Origin: Macrostomum lignano
Lineage: Eukaryota
Direction: 5' to 3'
Length of the DNA stretch: 64,000 nucleotides
NCBI GenBank assembly: GCA_002269645.1
Contig: NIVC01001793.1
Coordinates: forward strand, 1 to 64,000
This document shows, piece after piece, positions 1-10,098 of the stretch (position 1 is its first letter; each line of letters begins with the position of its first letter). A program made the translations under genes and the position numbers. The notes beneath the pieces were generated by a model. That model ran no database searches, had not been told where the DNA came from, and was given only the letters and a program-made list of their open reading frames with translations.

Positions 1-116
1 CGCGACCCATGCAAATATTTTGGAAGAAACAACAAAACAAAAAATTATCAAAATTCAATACTTGAAAATATTGTAATTTGATTCATGACATTGCGAAGGC
101 TGAAGGTAACCCACCA

Positions 117-459
117 GGCAGCAATTGAGGATTTGGGAGGCTGGCCCAGCAAGTGAGGATCTGGGAGGCTGGTGGCCAGCAACTGAGGATCTGGGAGGCT
201 GGCCCAGCAAGTGAGGATCTGGAGGCTGGTGGTCTAGCAACTGAGGACCTGGAGGCTGGCCCAGCAACGGAGGATCTGGGAGGCTGGCCCAGCAACTGAG
301 GATCTGGGAGGCAGGCCCAGCAACTGAGGATCTGGGAGGCTGGCCCAGCAACTGAGGATCTGGGAGGCTGGCCCAGCAACTGAGGATCTGGGAGGCTGGC
401 CCAGCAACTGAGGATCTGGGAGGCTGTTGGCCCAGCAACTGAGGATCTGGGAGGCTGGC
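117..459. repeat. Minisatellite, 28-bp unit CTGGGAGGCTGGCCCAGCAACTGAGGAT, ~12 copies
   Basis: Direct tandem repeat visible in the sequence, downstream of the TM7SF3 stop. Confidence 0.9.
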
Positions 460-658
460 AGCCTATATCTAAACAATGAAGTATTTCCTAAAAATAGCTT
501 CGTAAAAATCGTCACAAGCTATTTGTCTGAATTACCTGAACGCTGCAATGCTAGAAATTGGCAATTAAATTTAACAGTTTTTGCACCACTTTATTGATTA
601 GAGACAGGCACGATTCTGTGAATCAATACTATAAACAGCCAGTCACGCTGAACAGTAA

Positions 659-3600
659 TCAAGTCGCGTACACTGGCGGAGGGCTCCTACGACCGGAGCT
701 GGCGCCCAAAGCTGACAGCGGAGGAGGCGCGAGCCTGCGCCAGTAACGGCGTCCGCTCGTTAGCGAGGCCGGTGTAGCCGAAAGTGTCGGGCGTCGCTGT
801 TTCCGGCCGTCATCCGGCGCTGTGCCTGACGGCCTCGCGTGGCCGGATCGAGACAGCGCCGATTCCAGCAGTACTGCCAGCAGACAGCAGAGCGGCAAAG
901 CTGCCAGGCAGGCTAGCAGGAGAGCCCAGTCTAATAACAGAAACAGAGCAATCAGCTGTTTTTTAAACTACTTATGTCTAGTGAGTAGCAAGTGAAGAAA
1001 CAATTTCTGTTTCTGTCGGAGAAAAAGCTTTTTTAGTTTACATGACGCGTTACCGATGGAGAAAAAGCCAATTAAGCATAGAGTTGGTGTGCACCACCCA
1101 CAAATACTCGCAAAAATGCGCTCATCTACTAATGCGCAAAATCTGGGTTCCTGGAAGCAGCGCAGATCTATTAAATTAGCATCTTCACCCTGTAATGATT
1201 CCAGACTGCCAGACTAGCTTGAAGATAGAAAGAGTGGCGCCCCAGCCCCCAGCCAGGCCGATAAACAGTTTGGCTGTCCTTTTGCCCGCTTGTGCCTGAA
1301 TTTGACATCCCTCCTTGCTGCTCTCTCATTGGCTGAGCTAGATTGGGCCTGCCCTAGTTTCTCCATGCTGCTCTCTCATTGGCTGAGCTAGATTGGGCCT
1401 TCCCTAGTCTGTCCATGCTGCTCTCTCATTGGCTGAGCTAGATTGGGCCTTCCCTAGTCTGTCCATGCTGCTCTCTCATTGGCTGAGCTAGATTAGGCCT
1501 GCTCTAGTCTCTCCTTGCTGCACTCTCATTGGCTGAGCTAGATTGGGCCTGCTTTAGGCTCTCCTTGCTGCACTCTCATTGGCTGAGCTAGATTGGGCCT
1601 GCTCTAGTCCCTCCTTGCTGCACTCTCATTGGCTGAGCTAGATAAAGCCCTCTTAAAGCTGAGTTTCGTCCGTCTGCCGTTGAACTATCTCTTAACCGCT
1701 CTCTCATTAGGTATCAAATTTGTCTCAAGAACAGATTGGATATATGAATACTCCTGAGGCCACAAACCCCACAGGAAAGAAAAGAAGTTATTGCTGCCAC
1801 ATTAAATTTAAGTGACACTGCGCAGAAAAACTACTTAAAAAAAGTAGACGCTCTGCTTTTCGCAACCAAAATTTTGAATGAGATATATTTACTTTTCTAG
1901 TATGCTGTAGGCCCTAATAAAATTTAATAATGTCGAGCAAAAACAAACAAACAAACAGTTTCGGACAATATAATCCGTAAGGAGCCAGTACAGAAAATGT
2001 TTCAAAATTTCGAAGTGTGACGTTTTGCCATTTACTTGCTTTTTTAGTTGTTAAAAATACAGTAAAAATGATACTACTAACAAACGGAAGTAGTTTAAAC
2101 GCATATGTGCTGATTAACTACCTTATAAAATTACTAAACGTTTTCAATCCTGCGGTTTACAATTTTTGAACAGAGCGACAAATTTCAAGCCGAAATAACT
2201 CACCGACAGTGTGACGCAACGACATGAACATATGCACCCGATTATAGTCCTTGTAGGCTGTACGCCGGAAAAGATCCAGAAAGATGTAGGGAAATGCGGA
2301 GCCTTCTAGTAGATTAGCGGCAATGCCAACTGCGAGAGTAAATATGCCGAGCAGTGACATGGCGAATATTGCGCCCTGAATGGGATCAAACCAATTCAAT
2401 ATTCATCACCTGAGCACTATAAAAATTCTAAAAAAACAAAATATACTGAATTTTTTGTTTTTTTCTCTATAAAATTCCTGTCTTGCACTTAATCTCTACT
2501 AACAGTAGCATGCTTGGTCATTATTGCAATTAGCTTAAAGTAAAAGATGCTGTAAGCTTTTAGGAACCCAAAAAACACTTTTAGTGCGCCTAAATATCGC
2601 TTTTCAAAAACCTCGGCATGATAAATAGAGAAACCCTAAACTTTACACAACCTTAAGCTTCACACACAGCCTAAACTTCACACAAACCCCAAGCTTCACA
2701 CACAGCCTAAGCCTCATACAAACCTTAAGCTTCACACACACACCAAAGCTTCAAACAAACCCTACGAGCGTAAGCTTTACAGACCCTCAGCTTCACACAG
2801 ACCCTCAGCTTCACACAGACCCTCAGCCTCACACAGAACCTCAGCTTCACACAGACCCTCAGCTTTACACAGACCCTCAGCTTCACACAGAGCCTCAGCT
2901 TCACACAGAACCTCAGCTTCACACAGACCCTCAGCTTCACACGACCCTCAGCTTTACAAAACCATACAAGCGTAAGCTTCACACAAACATAAACTTCAAA
3001 AACACTAAGCTTCACACAGACCCTAAGCTTCACACAGACCCTAAGCTTCACACAGACCCTAAGCTTCACACAGACCCTCAGCTTCACACAGAACCTCAGC
3101 TTCACACAGACCCTCAGCTTCACACAACCTCAGCTTCACACAGAACCTCAGCTTCACACAGACCATAAGCTTCACACAGACCCTAATCTTCACACAGACC
3201 CTCAGCTTCACATAGACCCTCAGCTTCACACAACCTCAGCTTCACACAGACCCTCAGCTTTACAAAACCTTACGAGCGTAAGCTTCACACAAACCTTAAC
3301 TTCAAAAACCCTAAGCTTCACACAAACCCTAAGCTTCACACAGACTCTAAGCTTCACACAGACCCCCAGCTTCACACAGAACCTCAGCTTCACACAGACC
3401 CTCAGCTTCACACAGAACCTCAGCTTCACACAGACCCTCAGCTTCACACAACCTCAGCTTCACACAGAACCTCAGCTTCACACAGACCATAAGCTTCACA
3501 CAGACCCTAATCTTCACACAGACCCTCAGCTTCACATAGACCCTCAGCTTCACACAACCTCAGCTTCACACAGACCCTCAGCTTTACAAAACCTTACGAG

Positions 3601-6600
3601 CGTAAGCTTCACACAAACCTTAACTTCAAAAACCCTAAGCTTCACACAAACCCTAAGCTTCACACAGACTCTAAGCTTCACACAGACCCCCAGCTTCACA
3701 CAGAACCTCAGCTTCACACAGAACCTCAGCTTCACACAGACCCTCAGCTTCACACAGACCCTCAGCTTCACACAGAACCTCAGCTTCACACAGACCCTCA
3801 GCTTCACACAGACCCTCAGCTTCACACAGAACCTCAGCTTCACACAGACCCTCAGCTTCACACAGATCCTCAGCTTTACAAAACCTTACGAGCGTAAGCT
3901 TTACACAAACCTTAACTTCAAAAACCCTAAGCTTCACACAAACCCTAAGCTTCACACAAACCCTAAACTTCACACAGACCCTAAGCTTCACACAGACCCT
4001 AAGTTTCACACAAACCCTAAACTTCACACAAACCCTAAACTTCACACAGGCCCTAAACTTCACACAGACCCTAAGTTCACACAGACTCTAAGCTTCACAC
4101 AAAGCAGAAGCTCCACACAAACCAGAAGCTTCTTGTCACAGAGGCCCTTAATGGTAGAATGACTAAAAATGGACTCACCGCATTAGAGAACAGCAGCAGC
4201 AACAGTAAGCACAGCATAGCAACAACGGCCACAGACAGAAACATGATGTACTCTTCTCTCATTAGCCACCACAGCTGACCAAGCGGAGTGGCAAAGGCGG
4301 CGCAAGCCAGCAGGTAGCTGCATGGCAGGTGCACAAAGAGCAGACCAAGGACGGTAGACTTGCAGCGAAGCCAAAGTGCCCAGCCAATCAGGCCAAGTGC
4401 CAATCCGCCAACGCCCGCGCCTAGCAGGTAGGCTAACCAGGTGGATTCACTGCTGAGCGACAGGGCGCGCAGTGTGCCAGGCAGAGTGAACAGCGACCCA
4501 GCTGCGAACCCGGCTATGAGCACGCCTGTGGTTGAGGTTGTTTTTTGATGGAGTGCTTCATATTCTTTCACTTGGAGTCACATACCAATGCTGTATGAAT
4601 CCCCACTTCCAGTCTACCAATACTGAATGAATCCCCACTTCCGGTCTGCCAATACTGAATGAATCCCCACTTCCGGTCTACCAATACTGTATGAATCCTA
4701 ATTTCCGGTCTACCAATACTATATGAATCCTAATTTCCGGTCTACCAATACTATATGAATCCCCACTTTCAGTCTACCAATACTGAATGAATCCCAACTT
4801 CCGGTCTACCAATACTGTATGAATCTCAAATTCCGGTCTACCAATACTGTATGAATCCCCACTTCCGGTCTACCAATACTATATGAGTCCCTACTTTCGG
4901 TCTACCAATACTGTATGAATCCCCACTTCCGGTCTACCAATACTATACGAGTCCCTACTTTCGGTCTACCAATACTGTATGAATCCTAACTTCCGGTCTA
5001 CTAATACTATATGAATCACAATTTCCGGTCTACCAATACTGAATGAATCCTAACTTCCGGTCTAACCAATACTGAATGAATCCTAACTTCCGGTCTACCA
5101 ATACTGAATGAATCCCAACTTCTGGTCTACTAACACTGCATGAACCCCCACTTCCTGTCTTCCAATACTGTATTAATACATCCTCTTCCGGTCTACCAAT
5201 ACTGTATTAATACATCCACTTCCGGTCTACCAATACTGTATTAATACATCCTCTTCCGGTCTACCAATACTGTATTAATATACACACTTCCGGTCTAGCA
5301 GCATACCAACAACAATTCGGAGTTCACAAATAGGACGCATCATTATTTATGAAAGCTTAAAGCACGCAACCGCACCCAATAAAACCCACGCATTATACCA
5401 TTAAAAAGACTATACGAGTATATACTCGATAATGAAAGCAACGAACAAGAAAAGCTTAGAGAAGCCACGCCCATTAGCATCATTCAATTAATACAGGGTA
5501 AAGCTATATGAAATCTGAATTTCCATGCATCAATACAAGCAATGTCAAGCCTTGTACTTACTAAAAGCAAAAAAGCGAAATCCCATAGTGCAGAAGTACA
5601 GACCGAGCAGGGCCGCAGCGAAGGTGGCAACTCTCCATTCGATAGCTGAAAGTTATGATACTTGCGAGAGTCAGATGCGTTCATCGTTAAGCTGCTCTGC
5701 TGCCCTCCCAACGGGTTTGAACTGATAATCGAAAATTCTAGAAAATCCCAAGTGCTTTCTTAGAATAGAAATCGATCGCTACTCCAAGAAGTCGATGAAT
5801 TGGCAGGAGCTTATACAGTTACCGGGTAAACGGCTGAAGTAACTATACATTTAACTTATTAACTAAATGCCTCGTCGCCTAATTAGTGCTTGTAAACACG
5901 TTTTTTCACTAATAAAATCCCGACGATCTCACCAGAAGCGGCCACACACTCAGGCGGGAAGCCGTGGCTTTGACACGCGTCCAAAGTGACGGGAACGTAG
6001 GCGCTAAACTGACCCGTATCTGTGCGTTCTACAACCACAGTGTACAGAACTGGCATTCCTGGCCTGGCGCCAACATCGAATTTCGAACCTGTCGGCCGTT
6101 TACCATTGCCGCCGTCCATAGCCAGCTGTTGGCCATAGACAGTGGCCTGCTGAGCAGTTGCCATGCGCTTTAGGCCGGCTAGCCAGTCAGTCAGTTTGCC
6201 AGAATTCAAAGCCATAGCGTAGAGCCGGTAGCGCAGATTTCCCCGCTGTAGGCTGAGATTGCACGACTCCCTGCTGCGCTTGACCGTGTCAAATGAGCCG
6301 GCCAGCGCGTAGCCAAGCTGCCAGGCGATGCCGGACAGAATGGCCGGCTTCGAGACTAGGCCAGGCGGATTAGCCACTGGCGAGGTGAGATCGCATCCGC
6401 CTGGCAACGGCTCGTCCCAGGCTTTAGCAATGAATAGTATCCAGGCTGTGATGTTGCTAGGGGGGCCTGAGCTGGCATTGTCAGCCCGGATGTACCAATA
6501 GGCAATGCTGACGTTCAAAGAGATTAAGCCAGTCTGATGACCGGAGCTGGTGTACAGCGGGTGGAAATCTGGCCTGGTTGACAGGGAGATCCGACTGTCG

Positions 6601-8819
6601 CTGGGCTGGTCAGGCGGCAGGTGGGCCTGCAACTGCAGGAAGGCGGTGTCGCTGGGTGCGCCGCCAGATGGCGTTGCCAAGGCAACAACTCCAGGCGGCG
6701 AAGTGGCACTACTAATGCTGACTGGTTCCAGTTGGTTCCAGTGATATTCGGCTGCCAATGCCTGCGGAACTGCATGGGCAATGAGAGTGCGGTGTTTGAA
6801 ATCTGAATTTTGATGACAGAAAATAAAACAACTGAAATTCATAAATCCTAGTCAATTACCCAGGGGTCGATAAACTTTTTTACCTCAAGGGCCAGATAGA
6901 GAACCCAGTGCATGACTGCGCGCCGGAAGAGGGGAGAGAGGAGAAAAAGAGAAGAGAGCTGAAAAGATAAACAAACCTTGATTGAGCAGGCTGGATTGCT
7001 GAAGTTTCAGAGGACCCTGAGGGCTGGATAGAGGCTTTGCAGGCCACATGTGGCCAGAGGTTGCTGATCCTTGCTTAAGCCATTGGCTTTAATTAGGTTT
7101 TCCAATCCAATATTCTAAGTTGCACTTGTACATTTTAACCTAACTAGCTAAAATTGGAAAATCCATGTCTCATTTTGCCATTTAAATCTAAGCCCTAGCT
7201 GAAAAATTTGAAATTAAATTTTTAGAAAACAAAAAAACCTAATTTAAAAATCTTGAAATATTTAGCTTGCAGAGGCATAGCCAGGAATTTCTTATATGAG
7301 GATGCAGGGATAAGTAGCTTGCTGCTACTTGTACTTGCTGGCCTAATGAGCAGTTCACAGGAAAATTAAGTGCTATAAATCAATTTCCTACACCTATTGA
7401 CTAGGCCCACAGGATATATCCCTATACCCCCCTTGCTTATGCCACTGTTAGCTTGGCTATAGACTTTTTATGCAGTGTATAAGATTCTTACAGCACAAAA
7501 TAAACATATTTCAAACAAAACTAAAGCTAGGCCTATTGTGTATATTAATTTCTTTTAGTTAGTATGAAAACTATGAATATTCTAGGAAGCTAAAACCCTA
7601 TACTCATAATAGTAAAACTATGCATACTTAAACAAGAAAAAAATGATAAAGGTCACTTTTATAGCTTCTACAACTAAGACTAAGTCTTAGTCTTAGTAGT
7701 AATCAATCAATAGCTCCTAGGCCTATTGGCTAGAAAATTGGCCATGGTCAAGAAAAAGTAGTAATCAATCAGAAAATTATCTAGACTATATGAAAAAAAA
7801 TAAGATTTCCTACATTAGCTAAGTGAGTTTTTATATATCATGCAAAAACTTATGGACAAAATATTAAATTTAGGGTTATGGTTAGGGTTAGGGTTGGGGT
7901 TAGAAGTTTGACAGGATATTTTTAAAGATTTCAAGGCTCCATGTAGCTTATTAAAAAAGGTATATTGCATTTCTTTGCCTCCCCAACTGGGGGCCTAGAT
8001 TGCTAGTATTTTTCTAGTTATATTATAATAATAATAGGGTATCTAATTGACTTTAATATTTATTCTTAGAAATATAAATATAAATGTATCTATGCTTCAT
8101 TAACATGGAAATAGCCTATACCTTTAGCCTTAGTCAATATTAAAGAAAAATCATTATAATTATTAGGAAACTTCAGGAAACTTTATTATAATATAATTAC
8201 TTTATTTAAGGAAACTTTATTAAAACTATTAATATAATATTGAGGTTGATAATATTAATAATTTATTATTACATTCAAAAGTTTTATACTTTAGGTTATT
8301 AAGGACCTAAATAGTATTACTAGCATTCCTTTACTTTAAGATCACCATCCATATTGCCAGTTTTGGTTTACAATCACCTTATATTTTGCTCATTCTAGCG
8401 CTAAAATGGCTGACAAAAAATACACAAAATTGAAAGTGCTAGAAAGTTGCACTCAATGGATGCATTGACAGGTGTTGTTGATCTCATCTCGCCTGCTGCA
8501 TGGCGTTTTGTAGATAGGGAGAATTGGGTCTCTCTATTGTATAGTATTACCTATAATAATAGTAGGGCCTAGCCTATGAATGTCCCATGGCCATTGGCAT
8601 GAATATGATCTAAATATATTAATTATACAAAAATGTTAACTATATAGGAAGGCAACGAGCATATATAAACACTGCTATATTCTTATACTCATTAAACTGC
8701 TTTTAGGGAGGATAAATCGTCTACTTACCTACTAGGCTGAAGCTGAAACATAGTGGCATCAGGAGTAGAAGCACACCTGGCCTTAGACTCACTGATGATG
8801 ATGCATACAATTCAAGCAT
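659..8819 (-). CDS. TM7SF3: Transmembrane 7 superfamily member 3-like protein (DUF4203 family), 6 coding exons: 8819-8729, 6802-5933, 5645-5562, 4525-4179, 2375-2204, 930-659 (611 aa)
   Basis: All introns are GT-AG and phases chain (91+870+84+347+172+272 = 1836 nt). The protein has an N-terminal hydrophobic signal (MLELYASSSVSLRPGVLLLLMPLCFSFSLV), then an ectodomain ending ARPGMPVLYTVVV...SAYVPVTLDAC...EC, resembling TM7SF3 GRPGQGVIYNVIV...AAYIPAHTYAC. Seven hydrophobic segments follow, including ALLGLYFCTMGFRF and FPYIFLDLFRRTAYKDYNR. Family assignment is from recalled similarity. Confidence 0.85.
1278..1851 (+). mobile_element. Interspersed composite element, copy 1 (unique ends, internal 50-bp array x7, 3' CTACTT/AAGTAG hairpin); class uncertain (Helitron/Helentron-like non-autonomous?)
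   Basis: Shares 5' CCTTTTGCCCGCTTGTG, post-array GCTGAGTTTCGTC, GGCCACAAACCCC and 3' GACACTGCGCA..CTACTTAAAA.AAGTAGACGC with 28376-28888. Confidence 0.65.
2640..4100. repeat. Minisatellite, 18-bp unit CACAGACCCTCAGCTTCA, with higher-order ~324-bp blocks
   Basis: Tandem array in TM7SF3 intron 4; source of the spurious VKLRVC ORFs. Confidence 0.95.
4585..5296. repeat. Minisatellite, 32-bp unit GAATCCCCACTTCCGGTCTACCAATACTGTAT, ~22 copies
   Basis: Tandem array in TM7SF3 intron 3. Confidence 0.95.
5823..5888 (+). other. 28S rDNA-like fragment (helix 69-71 region) with replaced central 18 nt
   Basis: Arms match the conserved eukaryotic LSU sequence CGGGTAAACGGCGGGAGTAACTAT and AAATGCCTCGTCATCTAATTAGTG (as recalled) at 22/24 each. 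Confidence 0.75.
6861..7073 (+). mobile_element. hAT-type MITE, family A (CAGGGGTCG..AAACT termini)
   Basis: Homologous to 35286-35568 and to the reverse copy at 13492-13695. Shared blocks include ACCTCAA.G.CCAGATAGAGAACCCAG, GGATTGCT..GAAGTTTCA and a purine-rich middle. No clean TSD. Confidence 0.7.
7270..7447. mobile_element. hAT-type MITE, family B, with perfect 8-bp TSD TTAGCTTG
   Basis: Imperfect TIR CAGAGGCATAGCC / CAGTGGCATAAGC. TTAGCTTG occurs at 7262-7269 and 7448-7455. Confidence 0.75.
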
Positions 8820-10098
8820 CTGTGATTAGAAACTTATAAAATTCAACAAACTGAATCTTGAGAAGTTAGACACAGTAATAATTTTACAATAAAAGAGAAA
8901 GACAAATGACTTGCTAAGTTTTAATTGCCATCGCCCTCTGTTAATAAAATTCCCAAACGATTTCTTAGAAAATCGGTCAATTAGTTCATAGAAGTTGGTA
9001 AGTTTGAAAGTTCGTTCTTGTGCATAATAAAACAAGACCCAAAGTCTCAAGTTTATTTTAAATTTCATTTGATGCAATTAATTCAAAGTTTTCAAACGTT
9101 TTTAGTATTTTCTGATAGTCAAAATATCAATCAAATATTATTTGGATTTACGATTACTAAACACTCCTACACTGTGTCGGAACTTTGCGGAACTAGTAAA
9201 CAACTGGACCACTAGGCGTAGTAGTGGCAGATAAAGGATACACCCGGGGGTCAGCCGGTACCGTGACCCCTCTGGATCTACCAGTGGATTTCAAGCTCCA
9301 AACTTAAGAGACTTTAACGCAAAAATGTAACTATACAAAAGGGCAAACGAAAAAAATAGATACATGCAGCAACTTTCATGCCACTTACTAATTCGTCAAG
9401 ACGTATATTTAAGTCAATATAAAATTGACAGTACGTGTTCTTTCACAGTTACTCGTAATTTATCCGTCTCTCATGATTGTACGCTTGTATGTCATACGAG
9501 GGTAAATTTTAATTATAATTTTTATATAGAACTGCTTGCTTCAGTTTCGACTCGAAATCAATACTTAATTACACATACTGAGAAATTATACGATGTGCAT
9601 GTACTCTTAAGGTTTCACAAGAATTACATGCATTAAATTGTCGTTCGCATCATGCATCATGCATCGCATCATGCTCGCATTTACGTTTAATAAGGCTTGG
9701 GGATTTCATTTCATATTTTAGGGAAATCTATATATGCATCATAATTCTAAACATTTATGTAATTCCATTTTCAGAAACCAGAGTCTATACAACTTCTCGT
9801 AATAACTGAATGTCCTTAGTTATAAATGAATTAGTGAGAGAAGCGTATATGTGAGCTAGCATTGCTTCTATTTCCAACCAATAGGAAATTTTCTTTCGTG
9901 GGAAGATGCATTTTCTGAGTTAAGTCACAGACCCCAGCGGATGGCTTAAAAGCCGCTCAAATACGAGTACAAACAACGACAGAGACGCTCATTCCCATAA
10001 TCGATATCGCGTTCGATTAAAACAAGAAGACCCACTTACTTTGCCTGTTTATTTTTACCAAATACTGTAACACCGATTTAGCAGGTGCATGCGACACG

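Noticed and set aside
2725-4063. VKLRVC-repeat ORFs, and similar ORFs at 13.0, 17.2, 30.3, 39.2, 41.7, 45.0, 45.8 and 52.8 kb
   Set aside because: All coincide exactly with tandem arrays; there is no independent coding evidence.
5823-5888. Real rRNA gene, or C/D-box snoRNA guide
   Set aside because: It is only ~65 bp with no flanking rRNA sequence and a disrupted helix 69 stem. There is no CTGA D box directly after the antisense segments in either copy.
5883-6842. Stand-alone 319-aa gene as given by the ORF track
   Set aside because: It is TM7SF3 exon 2 (6802-5933); both ORF ends run into introns.
7870-7903. Interstitial telomeric TTAGGG repeats
   Set aside because: Only ~5 degenerate units; common and uninformative.
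8330-8520. Faint reverse-transcriptase-like peptide on the minus strand (LQNAMQQAR*...STFNFVYFLSAIL)
   Set aside because: It is too degenerate (stops, frameshifts) to support without a profile search.
9222-9286. Mini-MITE remnants here and at 23025-23105 and 17640-17720
   Set aside because: The TIR-like ends are degenerate with no TSD, so boundaries cannot be supported.
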